The notes under the pieces were generated by a model, which worked only from the letters and a program-made list of their open reading frames with translations, searched no databases and was not told the DNA's origin. A stretch of 64,000 bases of DNA from contig DAHVLZ010000019.1 in assembly GCA_027320085.1 (NCBI GenBank), positions 1 to 64,000 on the forward strand, in the 5' to 3' direction. Of this stretch, positions 1-9,994 are shown piece after piece. Each line of letters begins with the position of its first letter. Positions within the stretch are counted from its first letter, which is position 1. Position numbers and translations under genes: made by a program. Source of the stretch: Pseudomonadota bacterium. Its GTDB lineage: Bacteria > Pseudomonadota > Gammaproteobacteria > JAKAQQ01.

Positions 1-75
1 AATCATCCCGCTAAGCATGTAGACCGTCGGGTGGATGACTCGTGGACGCGGGTTCGATTCCCGCCGCCTCCACCA
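1..75 (+). ncRNA. ssrA: tmRNA, 3' end (partial; 5' part lies outside the window)
   Basis: CTAAGCATGTAG...GGACGCGGGTTCGATTCCCGCCGCCTCCACCA: T-arm plus tRNA-Ala-like acceptor end CTCCACCA, typical of tmRNA 3' ends. Confidence 0.92.
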
Positions 76-80
76 ATAAC

Positions 81-112
81 AAAACCCCAACCGTTCTCGG
101 TTGGGGTTTTTT
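81..112 (+). terminator. Intrinsic (probably bidirectional) terminator after tmRNA
   Basis: AAAACCCCAACCG-TTCT-CGGTTGGGGTTTT perfect hairpin with A- and T-tracts. Confidence 0.85.
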
Positions 113-362
113 CTTGCCCGATCGCGCCGGTTCCCGCGTGTGGTTGGGGGTTCCTGCGGAAGCCTGCGGACTGCGCCGGTCAGCCGAAGTGGCCGTTCTG
201 GGCCGCATTCCACTCTCTCCCGGCCATTCCTCGCTCCGACCTCGCTCCCTGGAATCGGCCCGAAGTCCGCAAAGACCACAAGTTGGACTCATACAGATCA
301 AAGAGTTACGCGCGGACGAATCAAGCGGTTGGATTGCAGCATCGGATGGCGAAAGAAACAAC

Positions 363-392
363 TTGTCAGGACAACGTCCGGACGACTATAAT
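363..392 (+). promoter_or_regulatory. sigma70-like promoter and putative autorepression operator of the TA operon
   Basis: TTGTCA (363-368), 18 nt, TATAAT (387-392); two adjacent palindromes TTGTCAGGACAA and CGTCCGGACG overlap the promoter. Confidence 0.6.
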
Positions 393-420
393 GAGTGCAT
401 CCCAAAGTCCGGAGGGCACC

Positions 421-699
421 ATGAGCACCCTGAATCTTTCCAAGACCGAACGCATTGACGTTCGCGCCAGCACGCAGGTCAAGCAGCTGCTGCAGGAGGC
501 CGCACGAGCCTGCCACAAGAACGTCAGCGAATTCCTGCTCGACGCGGGCGTGACGGCGGCCGCACAGACGCTGGCGGATCGTCGCCAGTTCGTGCTGGAC
601 GAGACGCAGTGGCAGGCGTTTCAGGAAGCACTGGATCGTCCTGTACAAAGCAAGCCGCGCCTGAAGAAGTTGCTGAATGAACCCGGGGTGCTCGGTTGA
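421..699 (+). CDS. DUF1778 ribbon-helix-helix antitoxin (TacA/AtaR-like)
   Basis: KTERIDVRAS...LLQEAA...NVSEFLLD...QWQAFQEALDRP; GGAGG RBS before ATG 421; overlaps the GNAT gene. Confidence 0.9.
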   Translation: MSTLNLSKTERIDVRASTQVKQLLQEAARACHKNVSEFLLDAGVTAAAQTLADRRQFVLDETQWQAFQEALDRPVQSKPRLKKLLNEPGVLG

Positions 700-1199
700 G
701 CAATGGCTATGCATCCGTCCGCAAGCTGCTTGCTACGGATCAGGTCGATGCGTTCGACTGCGGTAAGAATGCGCTGAACCAGTTCCTGCAGCGCTACGCG
801 CTCGTCAACCAGAAGGCCAACAGCGCGCAGACCTACGTCTGCTGCCAAGGTGACACGGTTGTTGGTTTTTATAGCCTCGCCGTTGGCAGGGTTGATCCGG
901 AAGCCACACCGTCGAGAGTGATGAAGGGGCTGGCGCGTCACCCGGTACCGGTCATGATCCTGGCCCGGCTCGCCGTGGACAAGGAGCATCAGCGCAAAGG
1001 TCTGGGCCAGGCCTTGTTCAAGGATGCGCTGCTGCGCACGGCGCAGGCCGCCGATATCGCCGGCATCCGCTGCCTGCTGGTACACGCCAAGGATGATGCG
1101 GCGCGGCACTGGTACGAATCGTGGGAATTCGAGCCCAGCCCGACTGATCCGTACCATTTGTTCCTGATGCTCAAGGATCTCAAGGGCATGTTGAGCTGA
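696..1199 (+). CDS. GNAT-family toxin (TacT/AtaT-like acetyltransferase)
   Basis: FDCG..LN.FL, VVGFYSL, PVPVMILARLAVD..HQRKGLG acetyl-CoA motif, LVHAKDD. Confidence 0.9.
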   Translation: MSNGYASVRKLLATDQVDAFDCGKNALNQFLQRYALVNQKANSAQTYVCCQGDTVVGFYSLAVGRVDPEATPSRVMKGLARHPVPVMILARLAVDKEHQRKGLGQALFKDALLRTAQAADIAGIRCLLVHAKDDAARHWYESWEFEPSPTDPYHLFLMLKDLKGMLS

Positions 1200-1239
1200 G
1201 GTGGTGTCTCCACCTCAGAGCCCGACTCTCTCGCACTGC

Positions 1240-1909
1240 TCATCCCAATGCGCCGATGACGGACACCTTGGTGTGGGAGCGTCCGCGTTGCAACAGTACC
1301 GGGGTATGGCCTCTCGGCGCCCAACTTCGGCGAACAAGGGGGCCCATCATGAATCCGCTTTCGTCGAGGAAGATGATCGACGCTTTGCGGCGCTTGGCGT
1401 TTTTTTGGCCCTCTCCCAATCTTCCTGCACCCAGCGACGGATTCCCTCTTCGTCGCGCTCGATGGCTCGTCGTGTGGGCTTTTGCGGGCTCCAGCCCGGA
1501 CCGTGCAGCAGCCGTCCGATGTGGTCGACGTGGTACTGCACTGCAAATCGCCGCTCGATCAACTCGGCTACGCGCGGACAGGTCCACAGGTCCATCCCGA
1601 AGCCCGCGGCCACAGGCCCCTTGAGCCGCAACCCCCCGGGCTTGCGCTTGTCCTTTGCAAGGAGCTTGGGAGGTCGGCCGGGAGCGGGGCGAGCCCGCAG
1701 TCCCTCTGCGCCATCCTCGTGGATCGTCGCCTTCCCGCGGCGAACGCTCCTTCGATCGACTCCGACACGCTTGGCTACCTCCCCGGGCCGCCTCCCTTCC
1801 CCAAGCAGCGCCAAAGCGCGCAAGCGTCGACGTTCAAGTTCCCCTGGGGTTCCGGTCGGTCGCAGAGGGCACCCCCAACCGGAAGTATAGGACATTCATT
1901 TTGCAGGGG
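1240..1909 (-). mobile_element. Truncated IS630-family element (HTH ORF plus start of DDE ORF joined by an A7 slippery site)
   Basis: ELERRRLRA...RPAPGRPPKL...WTCPRVAELI..FAVQYH...WSPQKP; second frame IIFLDESGF...RRSWAPRGHTP; GCCAAAAAAAC near 1399-1409 on minus strand; end abuts TA at 1910-1911; DDE ORF stops early. Confidence 0.85.
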
Positions 1910-2087
1910 TACCCGCCCCGGCAACGCGGCCTTCGTGCCGCCGCCAGCCGGGGAAGTGCTGGAATGCATGAGCCGGCTCGAACGCTTTCTGAACGATCTA
2001 CCGGAGCCGACACCGGAGCTGCTCAAGGTGGCGCTGGCGCATGTGCAATTCGAGACCATCCACCCCTTCCTGGACGGAAACGGGCGT
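1908..2087 (+). pseudogene. Internal fragment of a Fic-family gene
   Basis: GTRPGNAAFVPPP...ALAHVQFETIHPFLDGNGR Fic motif; no N- or C-terminus. Confidence 0.85.
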
Positions 2088-2235
2088 GCGGGGCTGACCC
2101 GCACGGAGCGGGTGCGGCTCAAGGTGCTAGAGCGGGAGAACCGGGAACTGGAACGGGCCAACGAGAGCTTGCGCAAGGCATCGTTGCGTGGCGGGATCCA
2201 GCGAGTGTGGGAAGAAAACTTCCAGGCTTGCGGGC
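2088..2235 (+). mobile_element. IS3-family remnant (OrfA tail fused to an OrfB piece)
   Basis: GLTRTERVRLKVLERENRELERANESLRKAS (OrfA coiled coil) followed by IQRVWEENFQACG (OrfB N-terminal motif). Confidence 0.75.
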
Positions 2236-2736
2236 CTACTCAAGCAGCCCTGCGGGGCCTTGAGCAAAGAGTTCATCCGGGTTCCGGAACGCCTTGAATT
2301 CCAGCGCATTGCCACTCGGGTCAGCCACAAACAAGGTTGCCTGTTCCCCGACTTTCCCCCGAAAGCGGACGCAGGGCTTGATGAGAAAGCGGCAGTGTGC
2401 GTTTTCCAGCTTGCGGGCCAGCTCTTCCCACCGATCCCATGCGAGAACCACGCCGAAATGGCGTACGGGCACATTTTCCCCATCCACCGGATTGGTCGTG
2501 TTCGGATCCGATGGGGCTGCGAGATGAGCGACGATCTGGTGACCGAAGAAGTTGAAATCGATCCAGTGCGCAGACTCCCGTCCGGTCGGACAACCGAGCA
2601 AATCCCCGTAAAAGCCTCTGGCTGCCTCGAGATCGTGGACCGGAAAGGCCAGATGGAAAGGAGGAACGGGGCTGCCTTGGTCTTTTTCCTCGGAATGAAG
2701 CATGTGGGGAGAGGCTGGGGGAGGGTCAGGGGTCAT
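2236..2736 (-). CDS. VOC/glyoxalase family protein (start uncertain: 2736 or 2703)
   Basis: [47 protein letters not shown]. Confidence 0.88.
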   Translation of the reverse strand: MTPDPPPASPHMLHSEEKDQGSPVPPFHLAFPVHDLEAARGFYGDLLGCPTGRESAHWIDFNFFGHQIVAHLAAPSDPNTTNPVDGENVPVRHFGVVLAWDRWEELARKLENAHCRFLIKPCVRFRGKVGEQATLFVADPSGNALEFKAFRNPDELFAQGPAGLLE

Positions 2737-2783
2737 GCGAAAAGCCTCCAGGGGACGGGTCGGGCCGGTACCGGAAGGCACCG

Positions 2784-3326
2784 TCAGGTCGGCTGTCGCC
2801 TTCCATCTGCCGGACGGTGCGTCCGGGATCCCGGCCTCAGAAAGTGCCAGAGCAGCAGGCAGGCCCCGACCGTAATGGCCGAATCCGCCACGTTGAAGGC
2901 GGGATAGTACCAAATTCCATAATGGACCTGGATGAAGTCGATCACGTACCCGAAACGCAAGCGATCCAGTGCATTTCCCACCGCTCCTCCAAGAATCAGG
3001 CAGAGGGGGAGGGACAGACGCCGCTGAGCCTTTGGGAGGCTCAAGATCCAGAACAGGATGACAGTCGAGACTAGGCTGGCCAGGCCCAGAAAAAGGAGAT
3101 TGGGCCATGCCGAGTGGCCATTCAGAAAATTGAAGGCTGCACCCCGGTTCTCGACGTCGGTCAGGTTCAGGAAGGCATTGAGCCGGATGCGTCCATCCAG
3201 CGGGATGGTTTTTCGGATCCGGTTCTTGCTCCACTGGTCGAGGGTGACAACAAAAGTGCTCAGGGCAAGATAGGGCCAGGCCTGCCCCAGGTTCCTCGAG
3301 CGTCTTGTGGAGCTAGATGAACTCAC
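2784..3326 (-). CDS. lspA: Lipoprotein signal peptidase II
   Basis: [30 protein letters not shown]; follows ileS; GTG start inferred. Confidence 0.93.
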   Translation of the reverse strand: MSSSSSTRRSRNLGQAWPYLALSTFVVTLDQWSKNRIRKTIPLDGRIRLNAFLNLTDVENRGAAFNFLNGHSAWPNLLFLGLASLVSTVILFWILSLPKAQRRLSLPLCLILGGAVGNALDRLRFGYVIDFIQVHYGIWYYPAFNVADSAITVGACLLLWHFLRPGSRTHRPADGRRQPT

Positions 3327-6114
3327 GGTGTTCCGGTGATCCAAAAAGGTTCCCGTGACAGCGTACGCAGAGTCCCGGGTGATCCTCGAACCGGCCCACG
3401 TCTTCCCGCCAGTGCCAACAGCGCTCGCAGCGTCTGCCCGGGGCCTTGTGAAGCGTGATGGCCGCATCGGCTATTCCGGCAACCGGCCAGGCATCGCTTG
3501 GGCCGGGCGTGGGCCGTAAGCTCACTTGGGAGGTCAGAAAAAAGAAATGCAGCTCCGCCTGCATCGGAATCACGGCCTGGAGGAGCGGGGGAGGCAGGTA
3601 GAGATGGGCCCCAGCCTCGAGGCTTTTCCCCATGTGACCGGCACGGCGTTCCTCCTCGATCCTTTGGTTGATGGTATTCCGGACCTCAAGCAGGGTTTCC
3701 CACGGGTAGGGGGATTGCACACGGCCGGGTGATGGCAGCGTGGGGAAGGTGGACAGCATCACCGATTCCGCATGGGTTCCCGGCAGCTCCTTCCAGGCTT
3801 CCTCGGCCGTGAACGGGATGAGGGGAGCCAGCCAGTGAATCAGGCTCAGGGCGGTGGTCTTGAGCGCATTTTGGGCCGAACGCCGGGGGTGGGAGTCGGC
3901 GGGGGTGGTGTAGAGGCGGTCCTTCACAATGTCGAGGTAGAGGCTTCCCAGATCGACAGTGCAGAAGTTCAAAAGCTTCTGATGGATGACATGAAAGGCA
4001 TAACGTCGGTAGGCCTCGCGGACTTCGTCATCGAGAGCGCGCAGTCGAGTGAGAAGCCAGCGGTCGAAGGCCAGCCAACGTTCGGGTGGAATGCTTTGGT
4101 GGTTGGGGTCGAAATCACCCAGGTTGGCGAGGATGAAACGGAGGGTATTGCGGAGTTTCCGGTAGATGTCCGCCGTCTGGTCAAGGATGGCATCGGAGAC
4201 CGCGAGTTCGGAGCGGTAATCATTGCTCGAGACCCAAAGGCGCAGCACATCGGCGCCGAGTCGGTCGATCACCGTTTGGGGGGCAATCACGTTGCCCTGA
4301 GACTTGGACATTTTATGTCCCCGTTCGTCGACGGTGAATCCATGGGTCAGGACGGTCCGATAAGGGGCTTGTCCGGTCAATGCGACGGAGGTGAGCAGGG
4401 AAGACTGAAACCAGCCGCGGTGCTGGTCCGAACCCTCGAGGTAGAGATTGGCCGGCCAGCCCAGTTCGGGACGCTGGGCCAGAACGGTGCGGTGGGTGAG
4501 TCCGGAGTCGAGCCACACATCGACGATATCGCCGAGCCGGTGATAGCCGGGAGGGGGAGAGCGTTCTTCGGGAGCCGACAGTGCGGCCTCGACCCCCATC
4601 CGTTCGATCCGTCCGGCCAGCTCGATGAGCCGCTCGGGGGTTTCAGGGTGGAGGGCACCCGAGGAGTCGTGGACCCACAGGGCCAGTGGGACGCCCCAGA
4701 TTCGCTGGCGCGAGATGCACCAGTCCGGTCGGTTGCGGATCATCTGGGCCATGCGTTCCCGGCCCCAGTCGGGGATCCACTCGACGGCATCCACAGCCTC
4801 GAGCGCACGTTCACGGAGGCCGGTCGCGCCGAGTGGGATGAACCACTGGGGGGTGGCCCTGAAGATGACGGGGGTTTTGTGGCGCCAGCAATGGGGGTAA
4901 CTGTGATTCCAGGCGCTCGCGTGGAGAAGGGTGCCGGTCCTCCGCAACTCCGCGAGAATGGGTTGATCCGCATCCCGAATCGACAGGCCGGCAAAACGGT
5001 CGACCGAGGCATCATAGCGACCGTGGTCATCGACCCGGTTTTCGAGCGGCAAACCGTAGTGCTGGCCGATCTCGTAATCCTCGAGCCCGTGAGCCGGTGC
5101 GGTATGGATGGCTCCTGTTCCCACATCATGTTCCACATGGGTGCCCAAGACCACGGGAACCAGCCGATCCTCGATGGGATGTCTCAGGCGGATTCCGGCA
5201 AACAGCCGTCCCGGTCTCCGCAGGACCGGGCCCATGATCTCGAGGCCGTAGCGTTCGCACGCCCGCTCGGCGAGACTGTCGAGAAGAACCAGGACTTCGT
5301 CCCCGGCCTTCCCCCGGATCAGGTGACAGGCATAATCCGCTTCGGGATCGAGACAGACCGCCTGATTGAGGGGTAGGGTCCAGGGCGTCGTGGTCCAGAT
5401 CGGGATCGACCACGGAAGCGACCGGATGGCGGGGTCATCATGCAGGGTCACGGGAACCGGATCCGCGAACCGGAAACGGACGTCGATGGCCATCGAGGTA
5501 TGAGACTCGTATTCCACCTCGGCCTCGGCCAGGGCGGATTCGCATTCCAGGCACCAGAGCACCGGTTTGGTACCCGGCGTGAGCTGTCCGCTCTCGATGA
5601 GTTCCGCGACTGAGCGGAGCTCGGTAGCCACTGTCGCGGCATCCATGGTCCGATAGGGACGGGCCCAGTCACCGAGAACCCCGAGGCGCTCGAAATCCTG
5701 GCGTTGCAACGCAATCTGTTCCTCGGCGTAACGCCGGCACTCGGCGCGGAAGCGGGCCGGATCCATATCCCGTTCGGAAGTGCCGAGCCGACGTTCGACC
5801 ATGAGTTCGATCGGCAATCCATGGCAGTCCCATCCAGGGATATAGGGAGCATCAAACCCGAGGAGGGTTTGCGAGCGGATGACGATGTCCTTGAGGACCT
5901 TGTTTACGGCATGGCCGATGTGGATCACGCCATTGGCATAGGGGGGGCCGTCTGCCAGGATGAAACGGGGTCGCCCGGAGGAAGCCGCGCGGATTTTCCC
6001 GTATAGCTCGGATGCCTGCCATTCCCGGAGCCAACCGGGTTCCCGGTGCGGAAGGTCGGCCTTCATGGGAAAGCGCGTTTCCGGCAGGTTAAGCGTTTTT
6101 CGGTAGTCTCCCAC
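3313..6114 (-). CDS. ileS: Isoleucyl-tRNA synthetase
   Basis: [35 protein letters not shown]-terminal CxxC...CxxC; GTG start inferred. Confidence 0.97.
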   Translation of the reverse strand: MGDYRKTLNLPETRFPMKADLPHREPGWLREWQASELYGKIRAASSGRPRFILADGPPYANGVIHIGHAVNKVLKDIVIRSQTLLGFDAPYIPGWDCHGLPIELMVERRLGTSERDMDPARFRAECRRYAEEQIALQRQDFERLGVLGDWARPYRTMDAATVATELRSVAELIESGQLTPGTKPVLWCLECESALAEAEVEYESHTSMAIDVRFRFADPVPVTLHDDPAIRSLPWSIPIWTTTPWTLPLNQAVCLDPEADYACHLIRGKAGDEVLVLLDSLAERACERYGLEIMGPVLRRPGRLFAGIRLRHPIEDRLVPVVLGTHVEHDVGTGAIHTAPAHGLEDYEIGQHYGLPLENRVDDHGRYDASVDRFAGLSIRDADQPILAELRRTGTLLHASAWNHSYPHCWRHKTPVIFRATPQWFIPLGATGLRERALEAVDAVEWIPDWGRERMAQMIRNRPDWCISRQRIWGVPLALWVHDSSGALHPETPERLIELAGRIERMGVEAALSAPEERSPPPGYHRLGDIVDVWLDSGLTHRTVLAQRPELGWPANLYLEGSDQHRGWFQSSLLTSVALTGQAPYRTVLTHGFTVDERGHKMSKSQGNVIAPQTVIDRLGADVLRLWVSSNDYRSELAVSDAILDQTADIYRKLRNTLRFILANLGDFDPNHQSIPPERWLAFDRWLLTRLRALDDEVREAYRRYAFHVIHQKLLNFCTVDLGSLYLDIVKDRLYTTPADSHPRRSAQNALKTTALSLIHWLAPLIPFTAEEAWKELPGTHAESVMLSTFPTLPSPGRVQSPYPWETLLEVRNTINQRIEEERRAGHMGKSLEAGAHLYLPPPLLQAVIPMQAELHFFFLTSQVSLRPTPGPSDAWPVAGIADAAITLHKAPGRRCERCWHWREDVGRFEDHPGLCVRCHGNLFGSPEHREFI

Positions 6115-7066
6115 GAGCCTCTCTCTGCAAATGCCCACGCTGGTCCAGGATCGCCCGTGCCTCTCCGGCATCGCGGTCAATGGCTTTTTGGAGGGCGTCC
6201 CAGCTGCTGAACGGTCGTTCCGGTCGCAGGAACGCGATGAACTCGACGGCCAAACGCCTTCCGTAAAGGTCGGCTGAGCAGTCGAAGAGGTGAACCTCAA
6301 GCAGCTCGCCCCGATCGTCGAGCCCGGGTCGGATCCCGAGACTCGCCACGCCATTGTACGGGAGCGGGCCCGCCCCGTACACCCGGACCGCGTAGACGCC
6401 GCCCACCGGACACCGTCGCCGGCGCACGGCCAGATTTGCGGTGGGATAACCCAGGAGGCGGCCACGCTGGCGGCCATGCTGAACCCGCCCGATCATCCGG
6501 TAGGGATGGCCCAGGAGTTCCGCGGCTTGATCGAGATCACCCGCGGCAAGCGCCATCCGGATCCGGGTGCTACTGATCCGCCCGGCCTCCGCTGTCGCGA
6601 GGTCGGCGGCGACGAGTTCGTGGCCGGTTGCCGTGAGGATCCGTTCAAGCCTCGCCAAGTCACCTTCCCGATGGTAACCGAAGCGGAAGTTCCGTCCGAC
6701 GACGATTCCTGCGGCCTTGAGTCCGTGAAGAAGAATGGCCTGGATAAAGTCGTCGGCACGGATCTGGGCCAGGTGCTGGTCGAAACGTAGACAGACGATC
6801 CGGTCGATTCCGGCGGACTGGCTTTCCAGCACTTTTTCGCCCCAGGTGGTGAGACGCGCGGGAGGCTCTTCCGGAACCAAAAACTCGCGGGGCAAGGGTT
6901 CGAAGGTGAGCAGGGTGAGCGGCAGTCCACGGGCATTGGCGCATTCGCGGGCAGTCTCGATCAGCCGGCGATGACCTCTGTGGAAGCCATCAAAGGAGCC
7001 GATCGTAACCACCGTCGGTCCCCGGTCCCGTACCGTCCGGTCGATGCACAGGCCGCCGACGTTCAT
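6089..7066 (-). CDS. ribF: Riboflavin kinase / FAD synthetase
   Basis: [37 protein letters not shown]. Confidence 0.95.
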   Translation of the reverse strand: MNVGGLCIDRTVRDRGPTVVTIGSFDGFHRGHRRLIETARECANARGLPLTLLTFEPLPREFLVPEEPPARLTTWGEKVLESQSAGIDRIVCLRFDQHLAQIRADDFIQAILLHGLKAAGIVVGRNFRFGYHREGDLARLERILTATGHELVAADLATAEAGRISSTRIRMALAAGDLDQAAELLGHPYRMIGRVQHGRQRGRLLGYPTANLAVRRRRCPVGGVYAVRVYGAGPLPYNGVASLGIRPGLDDRGELLEVHLFDCSADLYGRRLAVEFIAFLRPERPFSSWDALQKAIDRDAGEARAILDQRGHLQREARGRLPKNA

Positions 7067-8724
7067 GCCGGGGTGTGGGCTCCATCCCGGACCGTATCCA
7101 GCATCCGGAGCAGGGTCCGGGGTCCCAGGCCCAAGATCCAGAGCGTGAGGATGTAGAGGGCGAAGCCGAGTCCGATCAGGAACGCCAGATGTCCGATGCG
7201 GGCCAAGACCGGCCAGGCCAGCCACTGTCCCAGGGACGATTCGAGCAGGAGCAACGGGAGGGACATCACGGTGAGCGCAATGGCGACCCTGAGGATCAGG
7301 GTTCTCCAGCCGTGCTCCAGCTTCCAGTGCTGGTTTTGCCGGAGTGAGCGGCCGAGCAGGCCGGCGTTGAGGAGCGCCGCAAGCGAGGTCGATAGCGCCA
7401 GTCCGGCATGGGGCGCGGGCCATCCGGCGAGCGCCCAGGGGATCACGATGGCGGCGTTAAACAGGAGGTTCGCGATGATGGCCCAGACGGCGATCCGGAC
7501 CGGGATTTTGGTGTTTTTCTGCGCGTAGAAGCCGGGAGCCAGGACCTTGACGGCCGTGAACCCAACGAGACCCACGGCATAGGCCATGAGGCTCGCCGCC
7601 GACATCCGGGCATCGAAGCCGGTGAAGGCGCCATATCGGAAGAGGGTCACGATCAGGGGGCCGGCCAGAATCCCGAGGCCCAGGGCAGCCGGGCAGGCCA
7701 CCAGCAGGACGAGGCGCATCGACACGTCCAGGAGGCGGGAAAACTCGTCATGGGAGCGGCGGGCGTGGGCCCGCGTCAGTCCCGGGAGGATGACCGTGCC
7801 GAGCGCGATGGCGAAGACCCCCAGCGGGAATTCCATCAGGCGGTCCGAGTAATACAGCCAGCTCACACTGCCCGGGTTGAGAAATGAGGCGATGGCGGTA
7901 TCCACGAGGAGGTTGATCTGCATCACCGAGGCGCCCAACAGGGCCGGCAGCATGAGATGGATGATCTGCTGGACCGGTTCGCTGGACCAGCTCCAGCGGG
8001 GCCAGGAGAGGAGGCGAAGACGGCCGAGGAAGGGGAGCTGGAAGAGAAACTGAAGCAGGCCGGCGGCGAGGACTCCGAAGCCGAGGGCGTCGACCGGGAC
8101 CGCGAAAGCCCTGGATAGCCACAGGGCGGAGGCGATGAGTGAGAGGTTGAGGAGGATGGGGGTTGCAGCCGGCACGGCGAAGTGATTGTGGACGTTGAAG
8201 GCGCCAGCCGCGAGTGCGGTGAGTGCAATAAAGAAAAGGTAGGGAAAAGTCAGCCGCAGGAGATGTGTGGCGAGATGGTGGGTGGCCGGATCATGGCTGA
8301 AGCCCGGTGCGAAAAGGTCAATCAGGTAGGGGGCCAAAACAATGCCCAAGAGGCTCAAGACGAGGAGGATGAGCCCGAGGGTCCCACTCGCCTGGGCGAT
8401 CAACCTGCGGCTCGCCTCGTGTCCCTGATGGGTGTGGACCTCACCCAGGACGGGAACGAACGCCTGTGAAAAGGCGCCCTCCGCGAACATCCGGCGGAAG
8501 AAGTTGGGGATCTTGAAAGAGACGAAGAAGGCATCCATCACGGGTCCGGCACCGAAGTAGCGGGCCAGGATGATGTCGCGGGCAAAGCCCAGAATGCGGG
8601 ACAGAAAGGTGAAACCGCCCACTGTGGCTGTGGCCCGCAGCAGACGGGGGGTATGGGGACTCCCTGTGCCGGTCAGGTTGGGCTCATCCGGTTCGGGAGA
8701 GGGCGGGTTTAAGGTCGAGGGCAT
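7063..8724 (-). CDS. murJ: Lipid II flippase
   Basis: SRILGFARD, DAFFVSFKIPNFFRRMFAEGAFSQAFVP, YYSDRLMEFPLGVF. Confidence 0.96.
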   Translation of the reverse strand: MPSTLNPPSPEPDEPNLTGTGSPHTPRLLRATATVGGFTFLSRILGFARDIILARYFGAGPVMDAFFVSFKIPNFFRRMFAEGAFSQAFVPVLGEVHTHQGHEASRRLIAQASGTLGLILLVLSLLGIVLAPYLIDLFAPGFSHDPATHHLATHLLRLTFPYLFFIALTALAAGAFNVHNHFAVPAATPILLNLSLIASALWLSRAFAVPVDALGFGVLAAGLLQFLFQLPFLGRLRLLSWPRWSWSSEPVQQIIHLMLPALLGASVMQINLLVDTAIASFLNPGSVSWLYYSDRLMEFPLGVFAIALGTVILPGLTRAHARRSHDEFSRLLDVSMRLVLLVACPAALGLGILAGPLIVTLFRYGAFTGFDARMSAASLMAYAVGLVGFTAVKVLAPGFYAQKNTKIPVRIAVWAIIANLLFNAAIVIPWALAGWPAPHAGLALSTSLAALLNAGLLGRSLRQNQHWKLEHGWRTLILRVAIALTVMSLPLLLLESSLGQWLAWPVLARIGHLAFLIGLGFALYILTLWILGLGPRTLLRMLDTVRDGAHTPA

Positions 8725-8799
8725 GGAACAGCAGTTTACCGGGGCCGCTCCGGGCACGCCAGAGAACGGGCTGTTCTCCGGGGTTCAAGGCTTCTCGGC

Positions 8800-8828
8800 T
8801 TGACATGAGGTGATGGTGGCGTTAGTCT
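8800..8828 (+). promoter_or_regulatory. sigma70 promoter of the metF-metH leader
   Basis: TTGACA (8800-8805), 17 nt, TAGTCT (8823-8828). Confidence 0.7.
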
Positions 8829-8840
8829 GGACACCAGTCT

Positions 8841-8895
8841 GGCGCCGATTTGATCCTCAGCTTGCGGGCGCCTTATAAATACGGCTAAAGCGGGT
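8841..8895 (+). ncRNA. SAM-II riboswitch aptamer
   Basis: GGCGCC-GATTTGA...CTTGCG-GGCGCC-TTATAAAT..GCTAAAGCGGG fits the SAM-II pseudoknot signature (GAUUU, UUGC, AUAAAU, GCUAAA); lies upstream of methionine genes. Confidence 0.85.
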
Positions 8896-8905
8896 ACCGT
8901 TCAGG

Positions 8906-8941
8906 AACCTGCTCCAGCCGTCATGTGGAGTGGGTTTTTTT
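8906..8941 (+). terminator. Intrinsic terminator of the riboswitch expression platform
   Basis: ACCTGCTCCA ... TGGAGTGGGT stem followed by a T-tract ending at 8941. Confidence 0.75.
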
Positions 8942-9051
8942 ATGTCGGTCGATCTACGAGAAGTCAAAGGGATCCATTTCAGCTCGGGGATCTCGCCAAC
9001 CAGGCTTCCGGGTGACGGGGGTTCCCGCGCCCGAACTGGGTGTACGGCCAG

Positions 9052-9990
9052 GTGACCGGACCCGGTACGACTGGGGTCCGGAAAGGGCAGGGCCGACGGT
9101 CGACCTCACCCCGTGTCTCTTTTGAGTTCTTCCCACCGTCAACACCGCAACTGGCCCGGCAATTCTGGTCGGTCATGGACCGACTGGCCCCCTTGGCACC
9201 CGACTTTGTATCGATCACCTATGGCGCCGGTGGGCGAACGCGTCAACGGACACATGAAATGGTGGTCGCCGTAAAGCAGCGGACCCTGATCGAACCGGCC
9301 GCCCACCTGACCTGTGTCGGAGCCAGCCGCGAGGAGATCCGCGATATTCTCGAACGGTATTGGGAGGCCGGTATCCGGCATCTCGTCGCCCTGCGGGGGG
9401 ATCCACCGTCGGGAAGTGGTGCTTTCGTGCCCCCGCCCGGGGGCTATGCCGGAGCGGTAGATCTGGTGAGCGACATCCGTGCGTTTGCGGACTTCGAAAT
9501 CAGTGTGGCTGCCCATCCCGAGGGGCATCCCGATTCCACCTCCCTCAAGGCAGATCTGGAGCACCTGAAGCGCAAGGAGGCTGCAGGAGCGTCTCGTGCC
9601 ATCACCCAGTATTTTTTCGATCCCGAGGTGTTTCTTAGGTTCCGGGATCAGGCGATCCGGGCGGGGATTAGGATGCCGCTCGTGCCCGGGATCCTGCCGG
9701 TCACGGATTTTGGACAGCTTCAGCGGATCAGTGCACGTTGTGGAGCCCGGGTTCCCCTTTGGCTGGAACAGCTCTTTGCCGGGCTTGACCAGGAACCTGA
9801 AACCGGCAGGCTGGTGGGTGCCCATGTGACGGCTGGACTGTGCCAGGACCTCCTCCACGAGGGCGTCGAGGCCTTTCATTTCTACACCTTGAACCGCGCG
9901 GAGCTGACTCGTGCGGTCTGCCGATTCCTCGGTGTGAGCGAAAGACCCCTGCGCCCGGGGCATTTGCCGGCTGCCGCCCTGCACGACTGA
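9052..9990 (+). CDS. metF: 5,10-methylenetetrahydrofolate reductase (start uncertain)
   Basis: [41 protein letters not shown]. Confidence 0.95.
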   Translation: MTGPGTTGVRKGQGRRSTSPRVSFEFFPPSTPQLARQFWSVMDRLAPLAPDFVSITYGAGGRTRQRTHEMVVAVKQRTLIEPAAHLTCVGASREEIRDILERYWEAGIRHLVALRGDPPSGSGAFVPPPGGYAGAVDLVSDIRAFADFEISVAAHPEGHPDSTSLKADLEHLKRKEAAGASRAITQYFFDPEVFLRFRDQAIRAGIRMPLVPGILPVTDFGQLQRISARCGARVPLWLEQLFAGLDQEPETGRLVGAHVTAGLCQDLLHEGVEAFHFYTLNRAELTRAVCRFLGVSERPLRPGHLPAAALHD

Positions 9991-9994
9991 TCAC

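Noticed and set aside
31-420. N-terminal extension of the 222-aa ORF 31-699
   Set aside because: It runs through tmRNA, the terminator and the promoter; the antitoxin start with an RBS is at 421.
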